Below, in pieces: positions 53,677-64,000 of a DNA stretch of 64,000 bases. Under the pieces are notes generated by a model. It had not been told where the DNA came from. It worked only from the letters and a program-made list of their open reading frames with translations, and did not search any database. The stretch is from Bigelowiella natans CCMP2755 (taxonomy: Eukaryota > Protista > Cercozoa), in assembly GCA_000320545.1 (NCBI GenBank), contig ADNK01001415.1, positions 22,411 through 86,410 on the forward strand. Reading direction: 5' to 3'. Each line of letters opens with the position of its first letter. Position 1 is the stretch's first letter. Position numbers and translations under genes: made by a program.

Positions 53677-54154
53677 GGCGGCGTTTCGTAGCCCAGTTCC
53701 CACTCCCACCTCCCAATGCCCCCACCACACAAACCTCCCCAAGGGTATCCGGTTTAGAGTTTCGGCTGCTGAGAGAGCAGAGAGGTATGCTTGAATATCA
53801 TCGGGAATAATCGGTATCATCGGCTCAAATGCACTTAAGAGTTAAATCGTCCTGTGATCGCATGAGGCGACAACGTTTTCGGATAATTTCGAGGATGATT
53901 TTCATTTTCACCGATGTAGTCGGGGGAAAATCTCCGGGCAGATAGATAGTGAAAACGTGAGGTATTCTCGGAGACTGTCGAAATTTTGCGGAGATGACAC
54001 CCCAACGGACATGGTTGCCGGCGAACTAATAGTTCAAATACAGGTAATTTCAAATATTGCGACATACACAAAGATGATGCAGATTAGCTGTATAAAATGT
54101 AGCTTGTATCAAACGGCAAATTTCTAATGCGACAAAAATATTCGCATCCTACTT

Positions 54155-55810
54155 ATGATAAATATCATGAATTTTGATCGTTATGGGCACATTATGTGTT
54201 CACGTTTATTTGATTCACACGCACAAGTCAACGATTACTTTCTTCGTTCCGATCTCCAATCACATCACATGCTTGTGCCTGACATGAAGGAAAACAGTAG
54301 AGCTTCTAACACGTCACCACCGAGCACAAGCTCTTCGTCGACGACTCGTAATAAATTCAACATTAAGCTGTCCCCACAAGACTCTTGCTTTTTTGGAACC
54401 AAAGGAGCTCGAGCAATGGATACCCCTGTTGAAACCTCGAGTTCGCAATTCAGAAAGCGAAAAGCTCTTCGGAATCTAACAAATTTTCTTCGCCAAACAA
54501 AAATGAAGTTAACTTCGACGAGTACTGACGGGTTATCTAAAGATCCTACACGTACAATTATGACCAGGAGCGAAGTTAAACCAAGAATTGTAGACCCAAA
54601 AACAATCGCTCTTCAAATTTCAACTGGAATTACAGATAAAATATTTGGCTACTTGACTTGGTACAACCACATAACATGTTCAAGGGTCTGCAAAACGTGG
54701 AACAGACATCTGAAGAAGTCTGGGAAGCTTGCTAATGCTTCGAACCACGACGAAAGATGGGAAAAAGTTTGGGTTAGTTTAAGAAAGGACGAGACGTGCA
54801 ACAACATTGCAAGTATTCACAATGAACACATTTTCCCCATGAGGGCTATACTTTTTGACTGGATGTTCCAAGTTTGTGCTGAGTTTGAAAATCATATGGA
54901 TACAACCTTTTTAGCTGTTAGCCTTGTAGATCAAGTCTTAAACAAATTTTCCATCCCGAAAATGAAACTGCAGCTTGTGGGCATTACCGGCATTCTGGTT
55001 GCTTCCAAACTTCTTGAAACCCAGTTTCCAGATTTAAACGAATTACTTTTTTTATGCGACGATCTCTACACTCACGATGAACTATTGAAGATGGAAATGG
55101 ACTTATTGTCCAAACTTAATTTCTCTCCAAAGCGCGTCACAGTTTATACATATCTTCATTTTATGATGAAGGAATTCGGAATTGAAAAAAAGGAAGGCGA
55201 GAAGTATGTTGTTAATATTGGAAATTATCTGGCTGAAAGCACATTAGTCACTCCTACATTTGCTTCAGAGCGTCAAATGTGCACAGCAGCCACCATAGTT
55301 GCTCTATTACTCTATCAAATTGATGCGCCAATGGTAAAATATGAAGAGTTAGTAGCTTGTTCGAAAGTCGAATTTTGGGAAATGAGTTCTAATGCAACGA
55401 AACTCATTGACATGCTCCAAAATGGCCCGTATATGGGTGTACAACATATTGAGGATAAATACAACGCTCAAGAAATCGAACCAATGGTTAATCTGACAAG
55501 TAGTATTAAAAAAATGATCCGTGAAGTTTTCCATGAAAACTCTAAAATAGACGGTAAGGAACAATGCAATGCTAAGGAACCTGACATTTCGGGCGAATCT
55601 GACTCTGAAGACAAGAAATCCTTTACTGATGATGTCACCCGTTTCATCAACCTGGAAAATTGGACTGAAAATCATGAAATTGAAGATTTGGTAGAATTTG
55701 AAGACAGTGACTGCTCATTCCAGGATACACCTGGACCTAATTCACGAGACGAATTTAGAATCGAAACAGGTTCGGAATTTGATGGCCATCAGCGCATTCA
55801 TACACCGTGA
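54155..55810 (+). CDS. Intronless A/B-type cyclin with N-terminal D-box and F-box-like motif
   Basis: Cyclin box MRAILFDWMFQV..FLAVSLVDQVL..KLQLVGITGILVASKLLE; D-box RKALRNLTN; F-box-like ISTGITDKIFGYLTWYNHITCSRVCKTWNR. The true start may be a downstream Met. Confidence 0.88.
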   Translation: MINIMNFDRYGHIMCSRLFDSHAQVNDYFLRSDLQSHHMLVPDMKENSRASNTSPPSTSSSSTTRNKFNIKLSPQDSCFFGTKGARAMDTPVETSSSQFRKRKALRNLTNFLRQTKMKLTSTSTDGLSKDPTRTIMTRSEVKPRIVDPKTIALQISTGITDKIFGYLTWYNHITCSRVCKTWNRHLKKSGKLANASNHDERWEKVWVSLRKDETCNNIASIHNEHIFPMRAILFDWMFQVCAEFENHMDTTFLAVSLVDQVLNKFSIPKMKLQLVGITGILVASKLLETQFPDLNELLFLCDDLYTHDELLKMEMDLLSKLNFSPKRVTVYTYLHFMMKEFGIEKKEGEKYVVNIGNYLAESTLVTPTFASERQMCTAATIVALLLYQIDAPMVKYEELVACSKVEFWEMSSNATKLIDMLQNGPYMGVQHIEDKYNAQEIEPMVNLTSSIKKMIREVFHENSKIDGKEQCNAKEPDISGESDSEDKKSFTDDVTRFINLENWTENHEIEDLVEFEDSDCSFQDTPGPNSRDEFRIETGSEFDGHQRIHTP

Positions 55811-55929
55811 AATGAAGTAGTTTTCCTATAGGCAATGTGGATAAGAAATTTATTGAAGAGTTTTTTGACATAGGAAACATAACACGCCATGCTTGCTGCT
55901 GGCATTTAAAAAAAGTAATGAATTTTCAA

Positions 55930-56736
55930 AGTACGTGTGTACGTACCACCACGTATATTTCTTGAAAACCTTTCTTACACGCGCCGCTGACAACATTAGT
56001 CTGCATATGCGGTACAGCACGCGGCAACGCTACTAGGCTAGGGCGCCCATACTAGCATACGTACATCACTAGATCATATCATCATATCCACGCATGCTGC
56101 ATGCTAGTATGTGCACCGCTAGACCGTGTGTTCGCGTACGTCTAGACATTGCTAGCATTGTTGCATTTTGGCGCCTTCTAGCTTTGCATAGCATGTAGCC
56201 AAAGATCGCATTATCTATTTATCATATCATGAAAGAAAGAAAGAAAGCCGTGCATTGTGCGCAACGCGAGCACAAATTTGATGGCGCAAATGAGCCGAGT
56301 TTATAGAGTCAATGATCGTTGCTCTCAATGCTATCTAGCTATACAAATGGGAATTGCGCGGCACCATCATGGACTAGTGGAGCTAGCAGCTATCTCTAGC
56401 ATCGCAGCTCTCACACCTTGCATCACTAGATCAAGCTAGCTAGCTAGTCTAGTAGTGCTAGAGCATTGGCATTCACTTGGCTTCATGCTGGCTGATCGCA
56501 TTGTTGGCATGCTTGAAGCATGTCGTCGCAGTCACATGTTGGTTGCATGCCAGCATGGCTAGATGGTGCAAGATCTCTAGCTGCTAGAGCTAGCTAGCTA
56601 GCGGTGGGCAAAATAAGAAGCAAGCGGCTATACACGTCAGACGTGCTCGCCATCTCGCCACCAGGAACGACACACGATTCATCGCACTTGTCACTTCAAA
56701 TGGCTTCGATCATGCTGTGCATGTGCGTTGTGTCGT

Positions 56737-56802
<66 letters not shown>

Positions 56803-57060
56803 TGTGATGAACGAACGAATCAAATTTGTTCAACTGCCACCCTGATCTAGTGATGATGTAGCGTGCATAAGCTGCTAGACGGACAATTGACACAGCGCGT
56901 TCCATGGCGTTGTGCAATTTAGCGCTAGCATAGCTCATGACATGTATATGGCTGGTCTAATTGCATTTCACTCTGCTATGATCATGTGTCGTACGTGCTA
57001 CACGCATACCGCTGCATGTGCACCTTGACTACCATTAGATGATCCGATCCGGATCCACAC
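55930..57060. other. Palindrome/RY-rich intergenic spacer S11 (convergent junction)
   Basis: About 16 CTAG in 56331-56602 by hand count; (AGCT)n runs. Confidence 0.8.
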
Positions 57061-57277
57061 GCATCGCAAGAGAATAATAAACAAATCTAGAAATCAACGC
57101 TGCAGCTAAGGGCTTGCTACATATGAGTGCTGCAGCAGGATTTGCAATATAAATACTAATACGGTTTTATCACGCTGTGTACTCGCGATTCCAACCCAAT
57201 TAGTTGCATATTCCGAACAAGTTATTGTATAATCCGGACAATTAAAATTGATTCTTCAAGTCAAAAACTGGATTAAT

Positions 57278-57859
57278 CTACATGGAGAACGGGTTTCCAA
57301 TGTCAATTTGCCCGAAGCCTGAATTCTGCTGATTGGGTTGTTGCTGTTGTGGCTGTTGTTGCTGGCCCATCTGAGGCTGCGCACCCCATCCTCCTGCACC
57401 TTGAGCCTGCATTTGCATCATCATCGCCTGGCGCTGCTGCAGCATCATCATGTATTGCTGTCGTCGAAGAATCACAGATACATCACGAAGAACACAGTCA
57501 GATACAAAATCAATATGGCCAACAACCCCTCCTTTCCAATACTTTTACTATTCAATCATCTATACTCCCAATGTCTTTCACTACCTGCTGTTGCTGCATA
57601 AGCAGCATCTGCTGCTGGTTCATCTGTGGAGAATACATTCCCATACCCATGCTGGTATTGTTTGGCGCAGGTGTGCCGTTGCCCATCATGCCAAAGGGTG
57701 AGGCAGTCGAGCCTGCGTCGTTAAAATTAGGCGTAGTTGTCGCAGGTGCGGCGGAGGATTGACTCTGAGGTTGGTCTGGAGCAGTGCTGCCTGAACGAGA
57801 TATACAAACAAATTTATGCGAAAGATGACAACCAAGGTGACCTATACATATTTATTATA

Positions 57860-57898
<39 letters not shown>

Positions 57899-59782
57899 GA
57901 GAGAGAGCAAACACAGCGGGGGGTTGGGGGGGGGGGAAGAATTCACAACAGCGAGGAAGGAGAAATTTAAGGAATTGGCAGAGGAAGGGAGGAAGGGAAG
58001 AGGAGAAACAAAGACTGGATCTCTCTTTACCTGTAATGAAGGGATTACCGGTCTGCTCCCTGTTCGGGGCATTCGGGGCGCTTGCCATGGTGTTAACGTT
58101 GCTGCTTTCTCGGCTGGCGTCTTCAGCACCAAGAATATCCCCGAAGGGATCGTCGAGTGCTTCGTGCATCGCTACCGGGCTCTTAGTGCCTTCCTTCGAT
58201 TCCCCCTTCACTGATACGTCATTCGGGGCTGCTGCTGCTACACAAATAGGCTGCCTTTACACAAATAATACGAAGAAGAAAACGCAAGAAGAAGAAGAAG
58301 AAGAAGAAGAAGAAGAAGAAGAAGCGTGCTCTAATCACCTGTTTCGTCCATTATGTTAAACTCGGGGATGGTTGAACGCACAGGCTGCTGTGGGGTAGTG
58401 TCTTCAAAGATGTTAAGCGTTGGTGCTGCTGCGCTCGGCTGCTGGGATATCTGCTAAAACAGACCATCGTACTCTTAGCCTGTATTCTTATAACGCGAAA
58501 AATTATCCTCGAAAAATTATCCTCGTAGATTATACCTGCTGCTGCTGCTGCTGCTGCTGAGCAGGGACTGGAGCAGCATTAGCGACTCCAAAATCCGCCC
58601 AACCTTCATCGTTTGCCCAGCTGTCTGTAAACACCCAAAAAAATACCACAATTCATAACTGGGATGGCAAGACTCTTTGGCTATCTAAAGCAGCACCCGA
58701 CAAGGCATGGTTTTTGCTAGGAAATGAAAGAAAAATATCAACAGCCCATAGGCATCATTCACTATATCCACCTTCACTTTTTTGTGCTTGCAATCTCGGC
58801 TTTGGGGCTGGAACGTGGTGCTGTTTTGGTTGCTGTAGCTGCCCCCCTCCGATACTCATATCCCCGAACAAGTTTGCAATAGCATTTGCCCCGCTGGCAC
58901 CTTGATTGGAGGGTACCGAGGCAACTTGCTGCTGCTGCTGTGACCTCTGAGGAAAAGAGATGGGCGAAAGAATAGCAGTAAGAAGAAGAATAAGAAGAAG
59001 ACTGTTAAATCTTAACGAAGAAAGACGACAATCTTCACACAAGATGACGTCGATGATTATATAGCTATTGCTCAGAATAATTGCTCCCGAAAAGAGAATA
59101 AAATCTTTTTGCTCAATAAGTGAGCACTGAAACCCAATCACACACCAAAAGTTATAAATCACAGACCGCTTTAGGTGCAGCAGCTGCAGCTGGGGGGGAA
59201 ACTGCTTGTTTTTGCTGGTTTCGGCTGCTAGCTTTCGAGCCTTTCTTCTTCCTGCCCTTTTTCTTGCGCTTCTCCTCGTACTCAGAATCATCATCCTGGA
59301 ATTAGATGCACGACAAAAGGTGACTTTGACTCTCGATTTCACATCTCTACGCAGTGAACCAGGAAAGCGATAGTTGATGGCAAGGGTTATCATCAAACCT
59401 CCTCGTCTTCATCTTCGTCAGAATCGACATAGCGTTTCTTCTTCTTGGACCTAGAGCTCTTCTTCTTCTTGGATTCAAGCTTCCTGACCCAACGCTTATC
59501 GATGTACGTTGCCCCTGAGAGAAGATCAACATATGCAGTTCAGTTAACAAGCTACGCCACGCCATCAGCATATACCAAGAAGCAGGGTTCAGCAAAAAAA
59601 AGTACAGGGTGTTCGGTACACTACAACGAATAAGGAACAGCTTACTGATGAAGTCTCGTACGCCTTGAAGATCATCAGACTCCGGCTTAGGATTTTTCGT
59701 GTCTTTCCACCGAGATCGCCATAACTTCTTCGCAAACTATAGCGGTAGTAATAAAAAATGTGAGATAATTAGCACCCAGTTA

Positions 59783-59821
<39 letters not shown>

Positions 59822-59827
59822 AAAGAG

Positions 59828-59888
<61 letters not shown>

Positions 59889-60763
59889 AAGAAAGAGAGA
59901 AAGAGAGAAATACTCCCACATATGAACGCACAAATAGAACCTATTCTTGTACATGTATATACTTTGTTGTGTATGTGCATGGATATGTGTGCTCAAGGGA
60001 ATGCCTGTGACAAACAGGTATAATTATATTTTCTAGTTTTCAATCAGACCGAGTTCCCTCCTTTCGATAATTCTTCCACTTCCTCTTCCGAAAAATTGGC
60101 CATTGTGGTAGACTTCACCACATGGTTAAACTCGCGGCTATGGAATTCGTAGGAAGTTTTCACGACGATGAAGCGGAGAGAGAGAGGAATGAAGAAGAAG
60201 AACAAGAACAAGAACAAGAATAAGAACAAGAAGAAAACGGTTATAATATGCCAGAATGGAAGCTATGAGAAGAAGGGAGAACAAATGAGAAGATGATCCA
60301 ACAGGGGGTCGTATTTGAATAAGTGTGATAGTGGAAGAAAACTTACTGGACGCCAGCACACGGTGTGCAAATGAATGTGGCAAAGTTCGTGCAGACATAC
60401 GTCGGTCCCTAATTTGAAATTATCATCATCATCTTCGTCACCATCATCATCACATGAATACTCCGTGCTATTTTCGAGTATCACGTCACACCACACACCT
60501 TCTCAACGCAGTCGAAGCACTTCTTGTTTGCTTTCAGCTTTCGAATCGATCGGATTTCTGCTGCAAGCTTTTCTTGCTTCCCTATTAGCAGTGTGCAAGA
60601 CAAAAAGAGAATCAGCTAATCTCCTCAAGCACATGTCGAAACCAAGGGTGGCGTCATATCTCTCCTCCCTCCTCTGCCATTTCTTATTCCCGACGATCAT
60701 TCTCACACAGTCATGGTTCAGGGCAGCAATGTTGCGAAATAACTGACTGTTGGAGGTTGGCAT
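57278..60763 (-). CDS. ArfGAP of the AGFG/Hrb type with Q-rich tail (multi-exon)
   Basis: MPTSN|RKQEKLAAEIRSIRKLKANKKCFDCVEK|GPTYVCTNFATFICTPCAGVH|REFNHVVKSTTMANFSEEEV..GGN; FIRATYIDKRW; WADF, DPF and NPF motifs. Confidence 0.88.
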
Positions 60764-61307
60764 GTTGTAAACTTCTTAGGCCGCAGCCTTCAATGAAGCA
60801 GTTCTTTCGTCAAGGTACGGATGGATGGGGCTCGCACACAAGCAGGGGAGGGAGCCAGGACTACTTCTTAAGAGAGTGCAAGGAGGACAATTATTACACC
60901 TGAATCCATGCAATTATCACACTGCGACATCAAATAATTTATTTCAAACGCGGAAAATCAGCGCCCAACCAAGGAGCTCGGGCCTGTCTCGGGGATTAAC
61001 CCTATTTTATTGCACCAAAAACGCAAAGAAAAACGAAGGAGAGAGCTCTTGGAAGGACTTTTTTTCCCTACCTGCCACTATCGGGGATTCACAATAAACC
61101 CTTTAATTTACCCTACTTTTCTGGAAGATAGTGTAAGGGATTTACGGGGGATTCACGGGGATTTTGGCTCAATTTTGGATAAAAATTTTTGAACGACTCA
61201 AATTTTGTTGCCTGCTTCGGCTGCCCCTCATCTTGAGCGGTAAACAAGGTTTCTTCAGGGAGAAATGGAACATAATCATACTTCGTGAGGAGAAGGAGGA
61301 GGAGGAA

Positions 61308-61928
61308 ATGGGCCAACGAAAGGGAATCTTTATTTTGTTAATAGCATGTGCGATGCGAAGTGGAGCTCGTGACAAAAGCGACTCAGTACACGGCTCCATC
61401 TCCATTCACACCGCCGCTTTGAGGGAGGTACCATGATTACCAATGAGTAAGAGAATGTCGAAGTAGATGCTGATGAACATCAAATTTTAGGGTTGGGCAG
61501 AGATTGCACTTGTCTCCCTTCACTTCAAAGAGCCCATGGCTATTCTGAACTCCCACATCGGCAACGTGATTCACCAGAAAATCGGCGATGTGACACATGA
61601 AAATTTGAGCAGAAATTTGTGCCCGTTGGCTCTTCCAAAGTGCCATCATCTTGCACAGGTAGGTGGAAATCCCACACAGCCAGCCCTCCCTTCTGGAAGA
61701 CAAAATATTAACAAACTTGAAATAAATGATAGGGTTTGTTCCGGTTGACATTTGGGTCGCGGGTTATAGAAAACACCGCTTTCATCACCTTGCCAACAGC
61801 AATGGAATACTCCGAAAGACAACAAGATCGGGATTTTATATCAAAGTCACGAAATAACGCTTACACACGCACACACATACGAATATACATGTCTAGTTCA
61901 CACAACACACACACACACACACACACGC

Positions 61929-61980
<52 letters not shown>

Positions 61981-62736
61981 TTTGACACGTGTATCTGTGT
62001 CTTCTGATATACAACGCTTGTATATCGCGTATTTTCCATCACCAGCGGCAGAGAAAGACTCCGATTGTTCGATGTGCTTGTACCGTTTGGATGTTCGCAT
62101 TGCAGAAATACCACATGCACGGTAGAGACAAAGATAGCATTGATGACATCTATGTAGAGTCAGAAAAAGTTAAAGAAAGAATATACAGGAATTGCACAGC
62201 TTTCAGTTTTCATGTTATAATAAAGTGCATGTGAAGTGGCGGGGCCAGTTCGAAGTTTTGTTTCAAAAAGAGAGATTGGGCATCATCACTGTCGTGGTAG
62301 TAGTGAGAAAATACACACAGTGAGTGGTGCTGTATCATTTGCACGTGTGCGCTGTCGTTTGTAGATATGCGATTGGCTGGGCACAGAGGGCCTCAATGGT
62401 GTAACAACGAACCCTCTGGCCGAAAATCTCTTCAAACTCGGTAAACACTACCGCTGCCACGACTGTTAATTTTGAGGAAACAGCTTCAAAGATGTGCGCT
62501 AGGGAGAGTTACTACTGCAGTTGTGTTCCATCGTGAGAGCATTACGGACTGTTTGTCCTAATCGTATCCATATTGTTTTTCGTTGACTGTATCAATTGTT
62601 GTGTATTTTGTTATTCGTATATCCTATCCATATATTGCTCTTCGCTAATAGTGGAGCACAGGTTTTGGAATCCTGACGCCAGAGTGCTACAATTGGTCGA
62701 TCTATTTGGACGAGAAACACGCATCCACACACGCAC

Positions 62737-62778
<42 letters not shown>

Positions 62779-63728
62779 GCAAACACTATATATTGAGTAA
62801 AGATGAAGTGTAATGCCCACCCGCCTAGCGACCCACCTTTTTCTTTGTTCTCGTGTGACTTTTGTATTATTTCTACGTGTGGTGTACAGGCATTCCTAAT
62901 TTCGATGAATGGAAGATCTCCCTCCCCCCCCCCCCCTTCTCAAGTCGGCTTGCAGCCGTTGCCTCAGTCTGAATATGTTCTGACCTTGCTACCGCCATCG
63001 TTACAAACAAGCGACTCTCCGAGGAAGATCGTGCTTGAATCTCCTCATTCCTCTCACCACACCAAAAGAAAGCTGCACAAGGACGGGGAGGGTACCGAAG
63101 GAGAGGGATAGAAAGGAGGGGCAGCAGGAGGAGGAGGAGGGTGCGAGGTGAGGGGTGGGTTAGAGAAGCGGAAAGAAATGTTTGCTGCTTTCTTCTTTAC
63201 TCTTGGAGTTTATCCTTAGGTATTTTACCGACGACGCTGCGGCTGACTCCTGAGCCATATCATGAGGCCAAGGGGAGGGGAAAGAGGCCAAAACAAATAG
63301 ACCCATCATCGTTCATTGCTAGCGCTAGAATGACGTCAGCCTTTCAACACCTCGAAGAAGAAGCAGAGGAGGAAGGAGAAGAACGCATAACTGGATCCGG
63401 TCATCATCGTTTTGGCGAGGAGGAAGTTGAGGCAGCAAGATACCGAAGGATCTCGATGATTGAGACTGAGGCTCTCGGAGGACTCTCCGCAGGAAATCCT
63501 GGTAAGTATAGGAATCAGAAACAACAACGACGAACAAATCTGATGCTTGGAACGACGATAAGGCCTCGGTGCCATCATGCATGTGCTATCTTACTGTTTA
63601 GAATAGACTCATTTTTCTTCTCCCTCCCCCCCTTATCATTATCTCTCTCTCTCTCTCTCTCTCTCTATTCCTTGAATATAATTTTCCCAATCTCGATTCG
63701 TCCGAAAATATATAACATGTTGCCCTAA
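61308..63728 (+). CDS. Unknown putatively secreted multi-exon protein (3' end uncertain)
   Basis: MGQRKGIFILLIACAMRSG leader, then GT-AG-bounded exons (GWAEIALVSLHFKEPM..., GLFRLTFGSRV..., CSMCLYRLDVRI...). No homology recognised. Confidence 0.45.
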
Positions 63729-64000
63729 TTCCTGCCCTTGGAGGAGGTTTTTCTCCCCCATTGCTCCCTTTGGGGCCTCCAGTTTGCCCCCCCGAGTTTT
63801 AGTTCGCCATAAAAACCTTTTTAGGAATATTTATAGCTGAAAAAGATACCCGATATATTCCACCAACCCAACTGCGAGCGTTCGCATAATGCGCGTAGGC
63901 AAAGTGCTGGAACACGCCATTTATTTGGCTAATATCGACCAAACTTAGTTAACGAATTTTTATTTTAAATTGAAAATAAAATTCGATTCTCGAATCTTTG

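Overview
Eukaryotic nuclear DNA from an intron-rich protist. The style resembles chlorarachniophyte/rhizarian genomes, but that is an unverified inference. I reconstructed about 21 protein genes by hand across GT-AG introns: p47/Shp1 UBX, p24/TMED, a TIR/HET-like protein, importin-alpha, ATP synthase d, a neurobeachin-like ARM protein, ISCA1, a TPGS1/CSTPP1-like protein, GET1/WRB, PPWD1, RBM18, an ankyrin protein, BLOC1S2, Ariadne RBR, PurL/PFAS, an F-box cyclin, an AGFG-type ArfGAP and several unknowns. The most striking pattern is architectural. Genes occur almost entirely as head-to-head (-/+) pairs sharing a short AT-rich promoter. Each pair is separated from the next by a 0.35-1.7 kb non-coding spacer of distinct composition, rich in self-complementary words (CTAG, CATG, TGCA, GCGC, (AGCT)n). 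There are 11 such spacers, all at gene 3' ends and none at divergent promoters. The two spacers at head-to-tail junctions share a repeat family; one holds a TIR element and the other sits next to an apparent remnant of a lost partner gene. Other highlights are an intronless D-box + F-box + cyclin protein and a TIR-like gene whose five introns are almost entirely simple or telomeric repeats. Exon boundaries and gene ends are hand-derived and approximate where stated. I recognised no rRNA, tRNA or CRISPR array.
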